This document shows, in pieces, positions 1-8,578 of a stretch of DNA of 16,363 nt. Positions within the stretch are counted from its first letter, which is position 1; every line of letters begins with the position of its first letter. The position numbers and the translations under genes are program-made. The notes beneath the pieces were generated by a model. That model was given only the letters and a program-made list of their open reading frames with translations. It was not told the DNA's origin and ran no database searches. Source of the DNA: Candidatus Nanohalobium sp. (GTDB lineage: Archaea > Nanohalarchaeota > Nanosalinia > Nanosalinales > Nanosalinaceae); NCBI GenBank assembly GCA_042217555.1, contig JBDGSL010000010.1:1-16363 (forward strand), read 5' to 3'.

Positions 1-685
1 CAGCCCATTCAACACTCGCAGACTCATCACCATCCCACTTACTGTCAAAAGTAATGTCTTGAATCTCTTTACTGTCTGTGTTCCCGACTGAATCCTCGGC
101 TGTCACCTCTAAATCAAACTGACTTCCTTGATCCAATCCACTGGTATCAATCGTGATATCCGCTGAACAGCTCTCACTGCCGTCACAGTTATTATCAACC
201 TCTACACTGGCGCCGTTAGTCGCCGAAGCACTGATCGAACTCACTCCAGAAAGAGAATCTGATACCTCAACAGTAATCGTCGCATCGCTCCCAACATAGC
301 TAGGAGTGCTCTGGAAAGATATAGAACCGACTCCTTTGTCCACAGTGAAGTCTCTTTGGATGTCGCTACCGTTGCTGGCTTCAGCGGTAACAGTATACTG
401 GCCAGAAGAAAACCTGCTGCCTACTGTTACTTGGCTTGTAACATATTTTTTGTTCTCAACGCCTGTATTGTTTTTAATTAAGTAACCTGAGTTTACTGAG
501 AAGTTTATAGAGGGTGCATTGTCTGTGTTGGTGACGTTGAAAGTAATTATATCTCCATTTTGGAAGGTTTCTCCAGAGTTGGGAGAGTTCCAGTCGTCGT
601 CGCTAAGTGATGCTCCGAGGCTTATTGTGAGGGTTGTGATGAGTAGAAGGATGGTGGTTTTCTTAAGTGATCGGATGGTTACCAC
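1..685 (-). CDS. Secreted/surface protein with Ig-like beta-sandwich repeats (5' part; runs off window start)
   Basis: Not in the ORF track because there is no stop in the window. Manual translation from GTG at 685 is open to base 1: MVTIRSLKKTTILLLITTLTISLGA-SLSDDDWNSP...GQYTVTAEASNGS...ATITVEVSDSLSGVSSI...FDLEVTAEDSVGNTDS. It has a Sec-type signal peptide, S/T/D-rich beta-strand patterns, and sequons NVT, NFS, NNT, NGS. Confidence 0.8.
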   Translation of the reverse strand, partial: MVTIRSLKKTTILLLITTLTISLGASLSDDDWNSPNSGETFQNGDIITFNVTNTDNAPSINFSVNSGYLIKNNTGVENKKYVTSQVTVGSRFSSGQYTVTAEASNGSDIQRDFTVDKGVGSISFQSTPSYVGSDATITVEVSDSLSGVSSISASATNGASVEVDNNCDGSESCSADITIDTSGLDQGSQFDLEVTAEDSVGNTDSKEIQDITFDSKWDGDESASVEWA

Positions 686-708
686 TGTGTTTTGAATGGG
701 GTCTGGGG

Positions 709-714
709 TTTTAA
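709..714 (-). promoter_or_regulatory. Putative TATA box (TTAAAA) for a leaderless transcript of the surface-protein gene
   Basis: TTAAAA on the minus strand 24-29 nt upstream of GTG 685; no SD seen. Confidence 0.4.
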
Positions 715-753
715 GTAAATTTTAGGTTGGTTGTGGAGGGTGTTTTTCTGGTT

Positions 754-1398
754 TTAGTGTTTTTTGAATGTGAGGAGTGTGGTGTAGCTGATTAGGTTGT
801 TGGGCCAGAAGGTGGTTGTGCGGTTAGAGTATGCTTATTGTGGTGGCTGTGCTGAGTGGTATGCTGGTGAGGGTGGTGAGTAGGCCGGTCATTGCGGCTT
901 CGTATGCTCCTGCAATTATTAAATCGATTACCTGGTTTGGCAGGGATTTGAAGAACAGTATGTAGATTCCTCCGCCGATCATGAATGTGAAAGCTGGTAT
1001 TGCATTGACTATGTCGGCGGAAAGGACTATGCAGAATGCTTTATGGTATTTTACGCCTCTGTATTTTTTCAGTATTCAGGCCATTGCTGGTTCTCCGCCG
1101 AACTGGCCTAGAAGTGTTACAGAGTTGAGGAACTGCCCTGAGTAGAACAGTTTCAGTGATTCCAGGTAGCTGTGTTTTATATCGAGTTTGTGAAGGAATC
1201 TGTGCCATGTAAATCCGAAGACAAGCATTACAGACATTCCTGCAAGCATTGCAGGTAGGAAGAACTGTAAATCAGTGTTTTTCATTGACTTGATTACCTT
1301 GGAGAAGTCTGAGAAGTATATTAACCCGGTTATAAGTGCTGTAGGGGCTATGTACTTGAAAAAGTCTGATCTGTTGAACTCTCTGAGTCTGGAAGCAT
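754..1398 (-). pseudogene. Disrupted lysylphosphatidylglycerol-synthase-TM (UPF0104/flippase-like) membrane protein
   Basis: Family-like motifs are W..FL, GQFLNSVT..GQFGGEP, GAYEAAM..LL and (frame-corrected) ILYRTTTFWP..LI. Lesions: ATG 1398 is out of frame by 1 nt, in-frame TGA at 1076-1078, an apparent large internal deletion before GAYEAAM, and a +1 insertion making TAA at 824-826. Confidence 0.75.
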
Positions 1399-1460
1399 TT
1401 CTTTATTGATTTCTTGTTCTCCACCTCTTTTTTATTTTGTGCAGGTAAATTTCTTCTTTA

Positions 1461-2438
1461 ATGGACGAGAAACTGGTTGTATGCCATTTTACGCCTTTGC
1501 TGTCTCTGGTTGATGGAGGTATAGAAAGGTCTGTTCTGCAGCAGAGAAAAGCGTTGGAAGATAGGAGTGTTGAAGTGGTTGAAAGTCCTTTCCATGGTTT
1601 TGATGTTCTTCATCTGAACTACTTTGATCCTGTTTCGATACTGGTGTTTTCCTGGGCTTATCTGTCAGGTCGTGATATAGTGGTTCATGCTCATACGACG
1701 GCTGAAGATTTCCGTGACAGCGTAAGATTTTCCAACTTTCTGGCTCCTCTTGTCGATGTTTTCACAGGTTTTTTCTATAGACGGGCTGATAGGGTTGTTG
1801 CACCTTCGCAGTATACCCGTGGGCTGCTTGAGGATAAAGGGGTTGGTTCAGTGAAGGTGGTTTCGAACGGTATCGATACAGACCGGCTTGAGGGCTGTTC
1901 CACTGTGGAGAAGGGAGAAGGTTTTGATGTAGTGAACCTTGGTTTTGTGTTTGAGAGAAAAGGCCTGTCGGACTTCGTCTCGGTTGCGGAGGAGATGCCT
2001 GAGGCCGAGTTCCACTGGTTTGGGCCTCGGGTAGAGGGATTCATGTCTTCTAACAGGGTTGAAGAAGCTATCCAGGACTCTCCGGATAATGCAGAGTTCC
2101 CGGGGTTCATAGATAATGTTAACGATGCTTTTGAACTTGCTGATGTGTTTTTTCTTCCGACCAGGGAGGAAAATCAGGGTATGTCTGTTCTTGAAGCCGC
2201 TTACGTAGGAGTGCCTGTAGTTATACGTGACATCCCTGTCTTCGAGCAGTGGTTTGAAGACGGCGTTCACTGCTTGAAAGCTGATTCTGTGGAAGGTTTC
2301 GTGGAGGCGCTGCAAATCCTGAGGGAGGATAGGGATCTGAGGCAGAGACTGGTGCGGAACGCACGTGAAGTAGCTGAACAGCATACACTGGATGAAGTAG
2401 GTAAGTCCCTGGAAAAAGTCTATACCTCTCTACAGTGA
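1461..2438 (+). CDS. GT4 (GT-B) glycosyltransferase, CpoA/glycolipid-synthase-like
   Basis: GGIERS, HAHTTAEDF, ADRVVAPS, SNGID, RKG, and the E-x7-E motif FFLPTREENQGMSVLEAAYVGVPVV. Confidence 0.9.
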   Translation: MDEKLVVCHFTPLLSLVDGGIERSVLQQRKALEDRSVEVVESPFHGFDVLHLNYFDPVSILVFSWAYLSGRDIVVHAHTTAEDFRDSVRFSNFLAPLVDVFTGFFYRRADRVVAPSQYTRGLLEDKGVGSVKVVSNGIDTDRLEGCSTVEKGEGFDVVNLGFVFERKGLSDFVSVAEEMPEAEFHWFGPRVEGFMSSNRVEEAIQDSPDNAEFPGFIDNVNDAFELADVFFLPTREENQGMSVLEAAYVGVPVVIRDIPVFEQWFEDGVHCLKADSVEGFVEALQILREDRDLRQRLVRNAREVAEQHTLDEVGKSLEKVYTSLQ

Positions 2439-3293
2439 GATAAGTACCACTCCAGCAGCCATTAACACTGAACCTGTTATCCTCTGGTAGAAGCCCTCGG
2501 TTTCTCTCAGCATCAAGTAGCTGAAGATGACTGCGACAGGTATGCTAAGTCTTTTGATAGCCACGACGTATGAGACCAGTGTCAGTTTGAGTGCCGTCAT
2601 CTGCAGGATTATCGAGGTTCCGCCGAGTACGCCGAGCAGGGCCAGTGGTTTCCACTCTGTTTTCACTTTTTCCATCCATCCCTCTGATTTTTTCATCATC
2701 ACCGGAAGCATAAACAGTGAGGAAAGCGTGTACACAGTTAACGGCCACATGATAGGTGAAGACATGTTTACTCCGATCTTATCGGTGTTAGCAGTTATCG
2801 AGTATATGAGGATGACAGCCATGATCAGCTGGACACCTCTTTCCTTCCAGAGTTTCTTGATAGGGTCCAGCAGTGTATCTGTTTTGTTTGCCTTCAGTGT
2901 ATAGGCTCCAAAGGCTATCAAAATCACTCCAAAACCTCCTAGAAGACTTGGGGTTTCTCCAAGCATCAGAAAAGAAGTTCCCATTACAAGCACCGGTGAG
3001 ATAGCAAACATAGGAGTTACAATCGACGTATCGGACTCTTTGTACGCCTTTGCAATCAGTATAGATGTAAAAGCTATGACTAGGCTCTGAGGCACTGCCA
3101 GAAGGAAGAATTTTATGCCTAGTTCCGGTAGCCCTGTGTAAAGTAGGGCTGCCAGCAGCACCGGCAACCCGAAGACCCTGGAACTGAAAGCTGTAACAAA
3201 CTCATCTGTTCCCAGTGCGTTCTTCCTCTGGTAAACACTCTGCAATCCTTTTATCAGGGCTACTCCGAAAGCCAGGATCAGTCCGACCTCCAT
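2430..3293 (-). CDS. EamA/DMT-family transporter
   Basis: About 10 hydrophobic segments in two repeats (S..TP.FA.SP...LGE.PS..G..GV.LI..G; LRE......R.TG..LM..GV.L). Start placed at ATG 3293 (MEVGL) because the longer ORF-track start overlaps the photolyase. Convergent 9-nt overlap with the GT4 3' end. Confidence 0.85.
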   Translation of the reverse strand: MEVGLILAFGVALIKGLQSVYQRKNALGTDEFVTAFSSRVFGLPVLLAALLYTGLPELGIKFFLLAVPQSLVIAFTSILIAKAYKESDTSIVTPMFAISPVLVMGTSFLMLGETPSLLGGFGVILIAFGAYTLKANKTDTLLDPIKKLWKERGVQLIMAVILIYSITANTDKIGVNMSSPIMWPLTVYTLSSLFMLPVMMKKSEGWMEKVKTEWKPLALLGVLGGTSIILQMTALKLTLVSYVVAIKRLSIPVAVIFSYLMLRETEGFYQRITGSVLMAAGVVLISL

Positions 3294-3312
3294 GAAAAAC
3301 ATGTTCTCAAGG

Positions 3313-4740
3313 CTAGTCTTCTTCAAGCTTCTCAAACCGTTTCACAGATTTTTCCCTCTCCTCGTCGTGATCTACTATCGGCTCCGGGTAGTCCTCACCA
3401 ATCTCAACTCCGCAGTTCTCCTGTTCCAGCTTGTTCATCTTCCACGGCTCGTGGATGTGCTCGTCAGGAACATCTTTCAGCTCCGGCAACCATTTTCTGA
3501 TATATTTCCCGTCGGGATCGTATCTCTCTGCCTGGGAGGTAGGGTTGAAGACGCGGAAGTAGGGCTGAGCGTCCGTCCCGATCGAGTAGCTCCACTGTAT
3601 CCCGCCGACCATCGCCGCGATCTCCGCGTCGACGAACATCTTCGAGAAGTAGCTGTGGACGTTGCGCCAGTCCAGCCACAGATCCTTGCAGGAGAAGTTG
3701 GTAACCACCATCCTCAACCGGTTATGCATGAAACCGGTCTTCTTTAACTGCCGCATACCTGCGTCAACAAACGGGTAACCGGTTTTACCTTCAACCCATG
3801 CCTTCCATTTCTCCGGTGCTTCCTCCTTAGAGTCCCAGTCCGGCTCGTTGTCCCTGTACTTCTCCATGAACGGTTCATCAACCTCGTGTGGATAGTTCCA
3901 GAGGATCTGCATGTAGTAGTCGCGCCACGCCAGTTCCTCCTGCCATGTTTCAATCCCTGATGTGTCGTCGTCCGGGTTCCTCGCCTTCAGACGCTCGGCT
4001 TCCCAGTAAACCTCTCTTATACTCACCGTGCCGAACTTCAGGTGGGGAGAAAGCTTTGAAGTCGAGTCCCTCCACGCATAATCCCTGTTCTCGTCGTAGT
4101 TCCAGATCTTCTCCTTGAACTCTTCTATCCTGTTTTTTGCTCCTTCACGACTCGGGTTCCAGATCCACTCAAAGTCTTCAGGTTGTTCGAAACCTAGTTC
4201 TTCGAGCGAAGGTATATTATCGCTTTCAAGTTCAGGGGTTTCATACTCCTCGACTTCCTGAGGCCGTCTCTTCTCCCTGTCAAACCATTTCTTCTTGTAG
4301 TACGTGTAGACTTTGTAAGGAGTCCCTGAGTTAGTCAAAATTTCCTCTTTCTCGAACATTACAGTATCTTTGAAGTTTTCCACAGGTACATCCAGTTCCT
4401 CGGAGATTTTCTCGTCTCTTTCCCGGGCGTACGGAGAATAGTCTCTGTTGTGGTAGACTGCGTCAGCTTCGATCTCTTCTATTATTTTTTCCAGCTGTTT
4501 CAGAGGTTTTCCTTTCCTGATAACGAGGTCTTTGCCTTCTTTGCTGCCTAGCTCCTGCTTAAGTTCTTTCAGAGTGTTATGCCAGAACTTTACTCTTGGA
4601 TAACCTAGCTCTGCTGTTTGGAAGTAGTTTTCATCCACTATATAGAGTGGTATGACTTTTTCGTGTTCTTTGGAGGCTTTGACCAGTGCTGTGTTGTCGT
4701 GTTCCCGCATTGATCTGCGGATCCATACGATCGCTGTCAT
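3313..4740 (-). CDS. phr: Deoxyribodipyrimidine (CPD) photolyase / cryptochrome family protein
   Basis: WIRRSMREHDNTAL, TSKLSPHLKFGTVS, ELAWRDYY, GKTGYPFVDAGMRQL..TGFMHNRLRM, FRVFNP..Q..RYDPDG.YIRKWLPEL, YPEPIVDH. Confidence 0.93.
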   Translation of the reverse strand: MTAIVWIRRSMREHDNTALVKASKEHEKVIPLYIVDENYFQTAELGYPRVKFWHNTLKELKQELGSKEGKDLVIRKGKPLKQLEKIIEEIEADAVYHNRDYSPYARERDEKISEELDVPVENFKDTVMFEKEEILTNSGTPYKVYTYYKKKWFDREKRRPQEVEEYETPELESDNIPSLEELGFEQPEDFEWIWNPSREGAKNRIEEFKEKIWNYDENRDYAWRDSTSKLSPHLKFGTVSIREVYWEAERLKARNPDDDTSGIETWQEELAWRDYYMQILWNYPHEVDEPFMEKYRDNEPDWDSKEEAPEKWKAWVEGKTGYPFVDAGMRQLKKTGFMHNRLRMVVTNFSCKDLWLDWRNVHSYFSKMFVDAEIAAMVGGIQWSYSIGTDAQPYFRVFNPTSQAERYDPDGKYIRKWLPELKDVPDEHIHEPWKMNKLEQENCGVEIGEDYPEPIVDHDEEREKSVKRFEKLEED

Positions 4741-4773
4741 GGAGGGCTTGTTAGATAAGTGAAGGGTGTTTTT

Positions 4774-5430
4774 TTACTGGTTTTGGAACAGTTCGTCGAG
4801 TTTGTTTTTGTGTTTGGATGGGCCGATGAGTATTATTGAGTCGTCTTTTTCGAGTTCTGTTTCGGGTTCTGCGTTGAGTGTTTCGTCTTTTTTTATGATT
4901 GAGGCAACGGTGAAGTCTTCCGGGAATTTTTTCCTGTGTCGCAGCTGTTTTACTGTTTTGCCGTTGAGTGTTCCTTCTGTGATCTTGGCTTTCAGTACTT
5001 CTCTTTCTCCCGGCAGGTTTGCGAGTTTGACGAGGTAGGGGTGTTCTACTGCTGATAGAAATTCGGAGAGCAGAAGGTCTGTGTGGCCTATGGCATGGGT
5101 GTCTATTATCTGGAATGCTTCGAAGTATTCGTCATCTTCCATCCTGGATATGACTTTGGGGACGCCGTATTTTTTGGCAAGGCTGCATACCACCATGTTT
5201 TCGTTGTCGTCTTTAAGGGTTGATATCATGATGTCTGCCTGTGTTATCCCTGCGTCTTCAAGCGCTGAAAGGTCCGAAGGTGATTTGTTTATCACGGTAG
5301 CTCCTGTGGATGAGTAAAGTCTTTTACAGCGGTCTTCGTCAGCGTCTATCACGACAAGGTCGTGTTTTCCTTCCAGCCTGTCCACAAGTTTTTTCGACAG
5401 GGTGTTGATACCGGTTATGACTATGTACAT
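4774..5430 (-). CDS. trkA: TrkA/KtrA-type RCK regulatory subunit of K+ uptake
   Basis: RCK-N (VVID.D, L..AGI..AD, T.DD..N...C.LAK.YGV..VI.R) plus RCK-C. ATG 5430 overlaps the trkH stop as TGATG; GTG 5433 is an alternative start. Confidence 0.85.
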   Translation of the reverse strand: MYIVITGINTLSKKLVDRLEGKHDLVVIDADEDRCKRLYSSTGATVINKSPSDLSALEDAGITQADIMISTLKDDNENMVVCSLAKKYGVPKVISRMEDDEYFEAFQIIDTHAIGHTDLLLSEFLSAVEHPYLVKLANLPGEREVLKAKITEGTLNGKTVKQLRHRKKFPEDFTVASIIKKDETLNAEPETELEKDDSIILIGPSKHKNKLDELFQNQ

Positions 5431-6842
5431 CACTTTGAATCTGGGAAGATGCTCCTATTAAAAATTGCCAGTACCGGCAGCATCTCAAGTCGACCGGCAA
5501 GCATCAGAAATATCCAGACAAACTTGCTGGCCCAGGTAAGTTGCTGCATCTCCGCCCCCGACATATATACAGGCCCCATATTACCTGCGGCAGAGACTAC
5601 ACCGGAAAGAGCTGCTGCCAGGCTTATATCATCGAACAGAAGAGTCAGCAAGGTGCCGATGAAGATGAATCCTATCCACGTGAAGAACAGTACGGCCACA
5701 GTGTGCAACGCTGAACGGTCAAGTATCTCCTCATCAAGTTTTACTTCGTTTATAGCTGTTTCAGGCAGGCTGTAGGATCTTAAACGTGTTTTAACCATTT
5801 CAATAAGTGTTTTAAGACGGAAGATCTTTACTCCTCCTGATGTGGATCCAACTGACCCTCCTACGAACATAACTCCTATTACTGCCATCTGCAGTACAGC
5901 TGAGAAGGCCATCACAGACATGGTGCCGTAACCTGTAGAGGATATGATCGAGGCAGCCTGGAAGACAGCGTCTAGAAATCTTCCAGCTCCAAGATCCAGT
6001 ATCATCGCCAGAGATACCAGTATGAATATCTGGCCGTAAAGCTTGAACTCGGAGTTTCTGAGGGCTTCTCCCTCGCCCTGAAATAGTTTGTAAAGTATTG
6101 CAAAGTTGGTGCCTCCTAACAGCATGAACGGTATCGTTGCTGCCTGAACAGTCTCTGAGAAGTATCCGATACTGGCTGAGTGCGTTGAGAAACCGCCTGT
6201 GGAAAGCCCGGAGAAAGCATGCAGAACCGAGTCGAACACTGGCATACCCAGAGCTATATAGGTACCTATCATGACAGAGGTGATGAAGCCGTAGACTCGC
6301 CAGAGCTCAGTTATAGACTTTTTAAGTGAAGGTCTTATTGAGCCAGGGTCGGACTTGTGTGTCTCTGCTGTGAAAAGCCTCCGGGAGATACCTCCTGACT
6401 CACGGATAACGGCTATGAAGAACGTCAGTATTCCAAGGCCGCCTACCCACTGCATAAGGCTCCTCCAGAACAGAAGTGAACGTGGAAGGCTCTCCGGCTT
6501 CAAAACCATGGAGATTCCTGTAGTCGTCAATCCTGCCGATGCCTCAAAAAAAGCATCCACAAAACCCAGCTCGGGGACGAACGGCAGACCGCTCAGTATC
6601 ACCGCTATACTCCATCCAAGTACCGTGGAGACCATAGCCTCCCGGACGGAAGGGTTAGAACCATTTCCTGACCACTTCATAACAAGACCTGCCAGAAAAG
6701 AGGATAAAGCAGCAACAAGAAACGGGTAAAGCCTGGAAAACGGTTCAGAGTAGTACAGACCTGTCAGAAAAGGAAGTACAAGTATGGCTGAAAACACCAG
6801 CATAAACCGGCCCATTATCCTCGAAACTACCTTCGGCCTCAT
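5430..6842 (-). CDS. trkH: TrkH-family K+ uptake membrane protein
   Basis: Four pore loops (GLTTTG, GLSTGGFS, SSTGYG, GNMGP), LLFWRSLMQWVGGLG, GGSVGSTSGGVKIFR, MLAGRLE. Confidence 0.93.
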   Translation of the reverse strand: MRPKVVSRIMGRFMLVFSAILVLPFLTGLYYSEPFSRLYPFLVAALSSFLAGLVMKWSGNGSNPSVREAMVSTVLGWSIAVILSGLPFVPELGFVDAFFEASAGLTTTGISMVLKPESLPRSLLFWRSLMQWVGGLGILTFFIAVIRESGGISRRLFTAETHKSDPGSIRPSLKKSITELWRVYGFITSVMIGTYIALGMPVFDSVLHAFSGLSTGGFSTHSASIGYFSETVQAATIPFMLLGGTNFAILYKLFQGEGEALRNSEFKLYGQIFILVSLAMILDLGAGRFLDAVFQAASIISSTGYGTMSVMAFSAVLQMAVIGVMFVGGSVGSTSGGVKIFRLKTLIEMVKTRLRSYSLPETAINEVKLDEEILDRSALHTVAVLFFTWIGFIFIGTLLTLLFDDISLAAALSGVVSAAGNMGPVYMSGAEMQQLTWASKFVWIFLMLAGRLEMLPVLAIFNRSIFPDSK

Positions 6843-6953
6843 ACAACTTAGAAATCAATCCTCCCCGAATAAAAAATATCCCTGAAAAAGACTCATCGGC
6901 CCTGATTCAAAAAGCTTTACCCCGAAAACTTAGATGCTCGGATAGAACTGAGC

Positions 6954-6959
6954 AGGTGA
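6954..6959 (+). promoter_or_regulatory. Shine-Dalgarno AGGTGA of rps6e
   Basis: AGGTGA 10 nt upstream of ATG 6970; matches the archaeal GGAGGTGA consensus. Confidence 0.55.
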
Positions 6960-6969
6960 CAACTCAAAA

Positions 6970-7347
6970 ATGCAGATTACAATCGGAACTTCTGACGGCG
7001 AAACATTCCAGGAAGAGATCGAAGACAACTCACAACTAATCGGAAAAAAGGTAGGAGAAGAATTTGACGGTGGAATCATCGGATTATCAGGCTACACTCT
7101 CAAGATAACAGGAGGAAGCGACAGATCCGGATTTCCCATGAGAAAAAGCATCGAAGGCTCTGAGAGAAAAAGAGTGCTTCTGGAAGACGGCGCAGGAATC
7201 AACGAAGACGAAGACGGAGTAAGAAGAAGAAAAAGCATTAGAGGCAACACAGTTTCAGACGAAATCGAACAGCTCAACACACAGGTCGTGAAAGAAGGAA
7301 GTAAATCTGTTGAAGAACTTCTAGGCGAAGAAGAGGAAGAAGAGTAA
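6970..7347 (+). CDS. rps6e: 30S ribosomal protein S6e
   Basis: LIGKKVGEEFDG..IGL.GY.LKITGGSD..GFPMR, G.RRRKS.RGN; directly upstream of aIF2gamma as in other archaea. Confidence 0.96.
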   Translation: MQITIGTSDGETFQEEIEDNSQLIGKKVGEEFDGGIIGLSGYTLKITGGSDRSGFPMRKSIEGSERKRVLLEDGAGINEDEDGVRRRKSIRGNTVSDEIEQLNTQVVKEGSKSVEELLGEEEEEE

Positions 7348-7350
7348 TAT

Positions 7351-8538
7351 ATGTCAAAGATACCGGAAGTAAACATCGGCCTTGTAGGCCACGTCGACCA
7401 TGGGAAGACGACACTCACTCAAGCTCTCTCAGGACAATGGACAGACCAGCACAGTGAGGAACTTGAGAGAGGGATCACCATCAGGATAGGATACGCCGAC
7501 ATCACATACTACAGCAATGACGGCGAACTGAACGTCGAAGGAGAAGGTGAAGAGGAGAGAACTGTCTCACTGGTTGATGCTCCAGGCCACGAAACACTGA
7601 TGGCTAACGTCCTTTCTGGAGCAGCTATCATGGATGGCGCAGTACTTCTGGTAGCAGCTGACGAAGAAGTTCCACAGCCTCAGACACGTGAACACCTTGC
7701 AGCGCTTGACATAGTTGGCATTGATAATATTGTAATCGCACAGAACAAGATAGATCTGGTCTCTGAAGAAAAGGCAAGAGAGAACTATGAACAGATCAGG
7801 GAGTTTGTTGAGGGGACTGTCGCAGAGGACGCACCTGTAGTCCCTATCAGTGCGCAGCACGAGGTCAATATAGATGCGCTTCTAGAAGCCATTGATGAGG
7901 AGATTCCAACTCCGGAGCGTGACCTGGATTCTGATCCACGTATGCTTGTCGCCCGTTCATTCGATACCAACAAGCCGGGAACTTCGCCCAAAGAACTTAG
8001 AGGCGGTGTCGTAGGAGGTTCACTTGTTAGAGGAGAGCTTGAAGAAGGAGAGAAAGTGGAACTCAAACCAGGCGTCAGGAAGGACGGTGAAAACTTTGAA
8101 ACTGTTACGACTGAGGTGAAGAGCATAATACAGGGAGATACACCTGTCGAAAAAGGAAGACCTGGAGGTTTACTCGGAGTTGAGACAGATCTGGATCCGG
8201 CGATGGTCAAGTCCGACGGGCTCGCGGGAAATGTTCTCGGCCTGGAAGGAGAACTACCTGACGTAACTGATACGGTAGAGATCAAGGCAGAGCTTATGGA
8301 CCGTCTTGCCGGCGCTGAACAAGAAGAAGAGATAGACAACATCAGAGAACACGAAGCATTGATGCTTAACATAGGAACCACCAAGACTGCTGGTGTAGTC
8401 ACACAGGCCGGCAAGCACGTCAGACTGAATCTGAAGATGCCTGTCTGCGTAGAGGAAGGAGACAGAGTGGCGATTTCACGTCAGATAGGCTCTCGATGGC
8501 GGCTTATCGGCCACGGCAGGATAAACTCGATCGAATAA
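7351..8538 (+). CDS. eif2g: Translation initiation factor aIF2 gamma subunit
   Basis: PEVNIGLVGHVDHGKTT, RGITIRIGYAD, DAPGHE, PQPQTREHL, NKID, RSFD.NKPG, GGVVGGS, RWRLIGHG. Confidence 0.97.
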   Translation: MSKIPEVNIGLVGHVDHGKTTLTQALSGQWTDQHSEELERGITIRIGYADITYYSNDGELNVEGEGEEERTVSLVDAPGHETLMANVLSGAAIMDGAVLLVAADEEVPQPQTREHLAALDIVGIDNIVIAQNKIDLVSEEKARENYEQIREFVEGTVAEDAPVVPISAQHEVNIDALLEAIDEEIPTPERDLDSDPRMLVARSFDTNKPGTSPKELRGGVVGGSLVRGELEEGEKVELKPGVRKDGENFETVTTEVKSIIQGDTPVEKGRPGGLLGVETDLDPAMVKSDGLAGNVLGLEGELPDVTDTVEIKAELMDRLAGAEQEEEIDNIREHEALMLNIGTTKTAGVVTQAGKHVRLNLKMPVCVEEGDRVAISRQIGSRWRLIGHGRINSIE

Positions 8539-8542
8539 AAAA

Positions 8543-8556
8543 CGCAGAGTTTTTAA
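8543..8556 (+). promoter_or_regulatory. Putative BRE/TATA (CGCAGAGTTTTTAA) for the inserted cluster
   Basis: TTTTAA about 25 nt upstream of ATG 8579; the first 11 nt recur at 13793-13803. Confidence 0.45.
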
Positions 8557-8578
8557 GCAAGGCAAGGTTAATCCAGTT

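Noticed and set aside
1076..1078. In-frame TGA as recoding (Trp/Sec/alternative code)
   Set aside because: TGA terminates several intact genes here (GT4, trkH, MscS fusion, RimK, rpoE'), and the same gene has three other lesions.
7327..7347. S6e poly-Glu tail as the substrate of the nearby RimK ligases
   Set aside because: RimK modifies bacterial bS6, which is not homologous to eS6. Acidic tails are general here (RpoE' too), so the proximity is probably coincidental, though not excluded.
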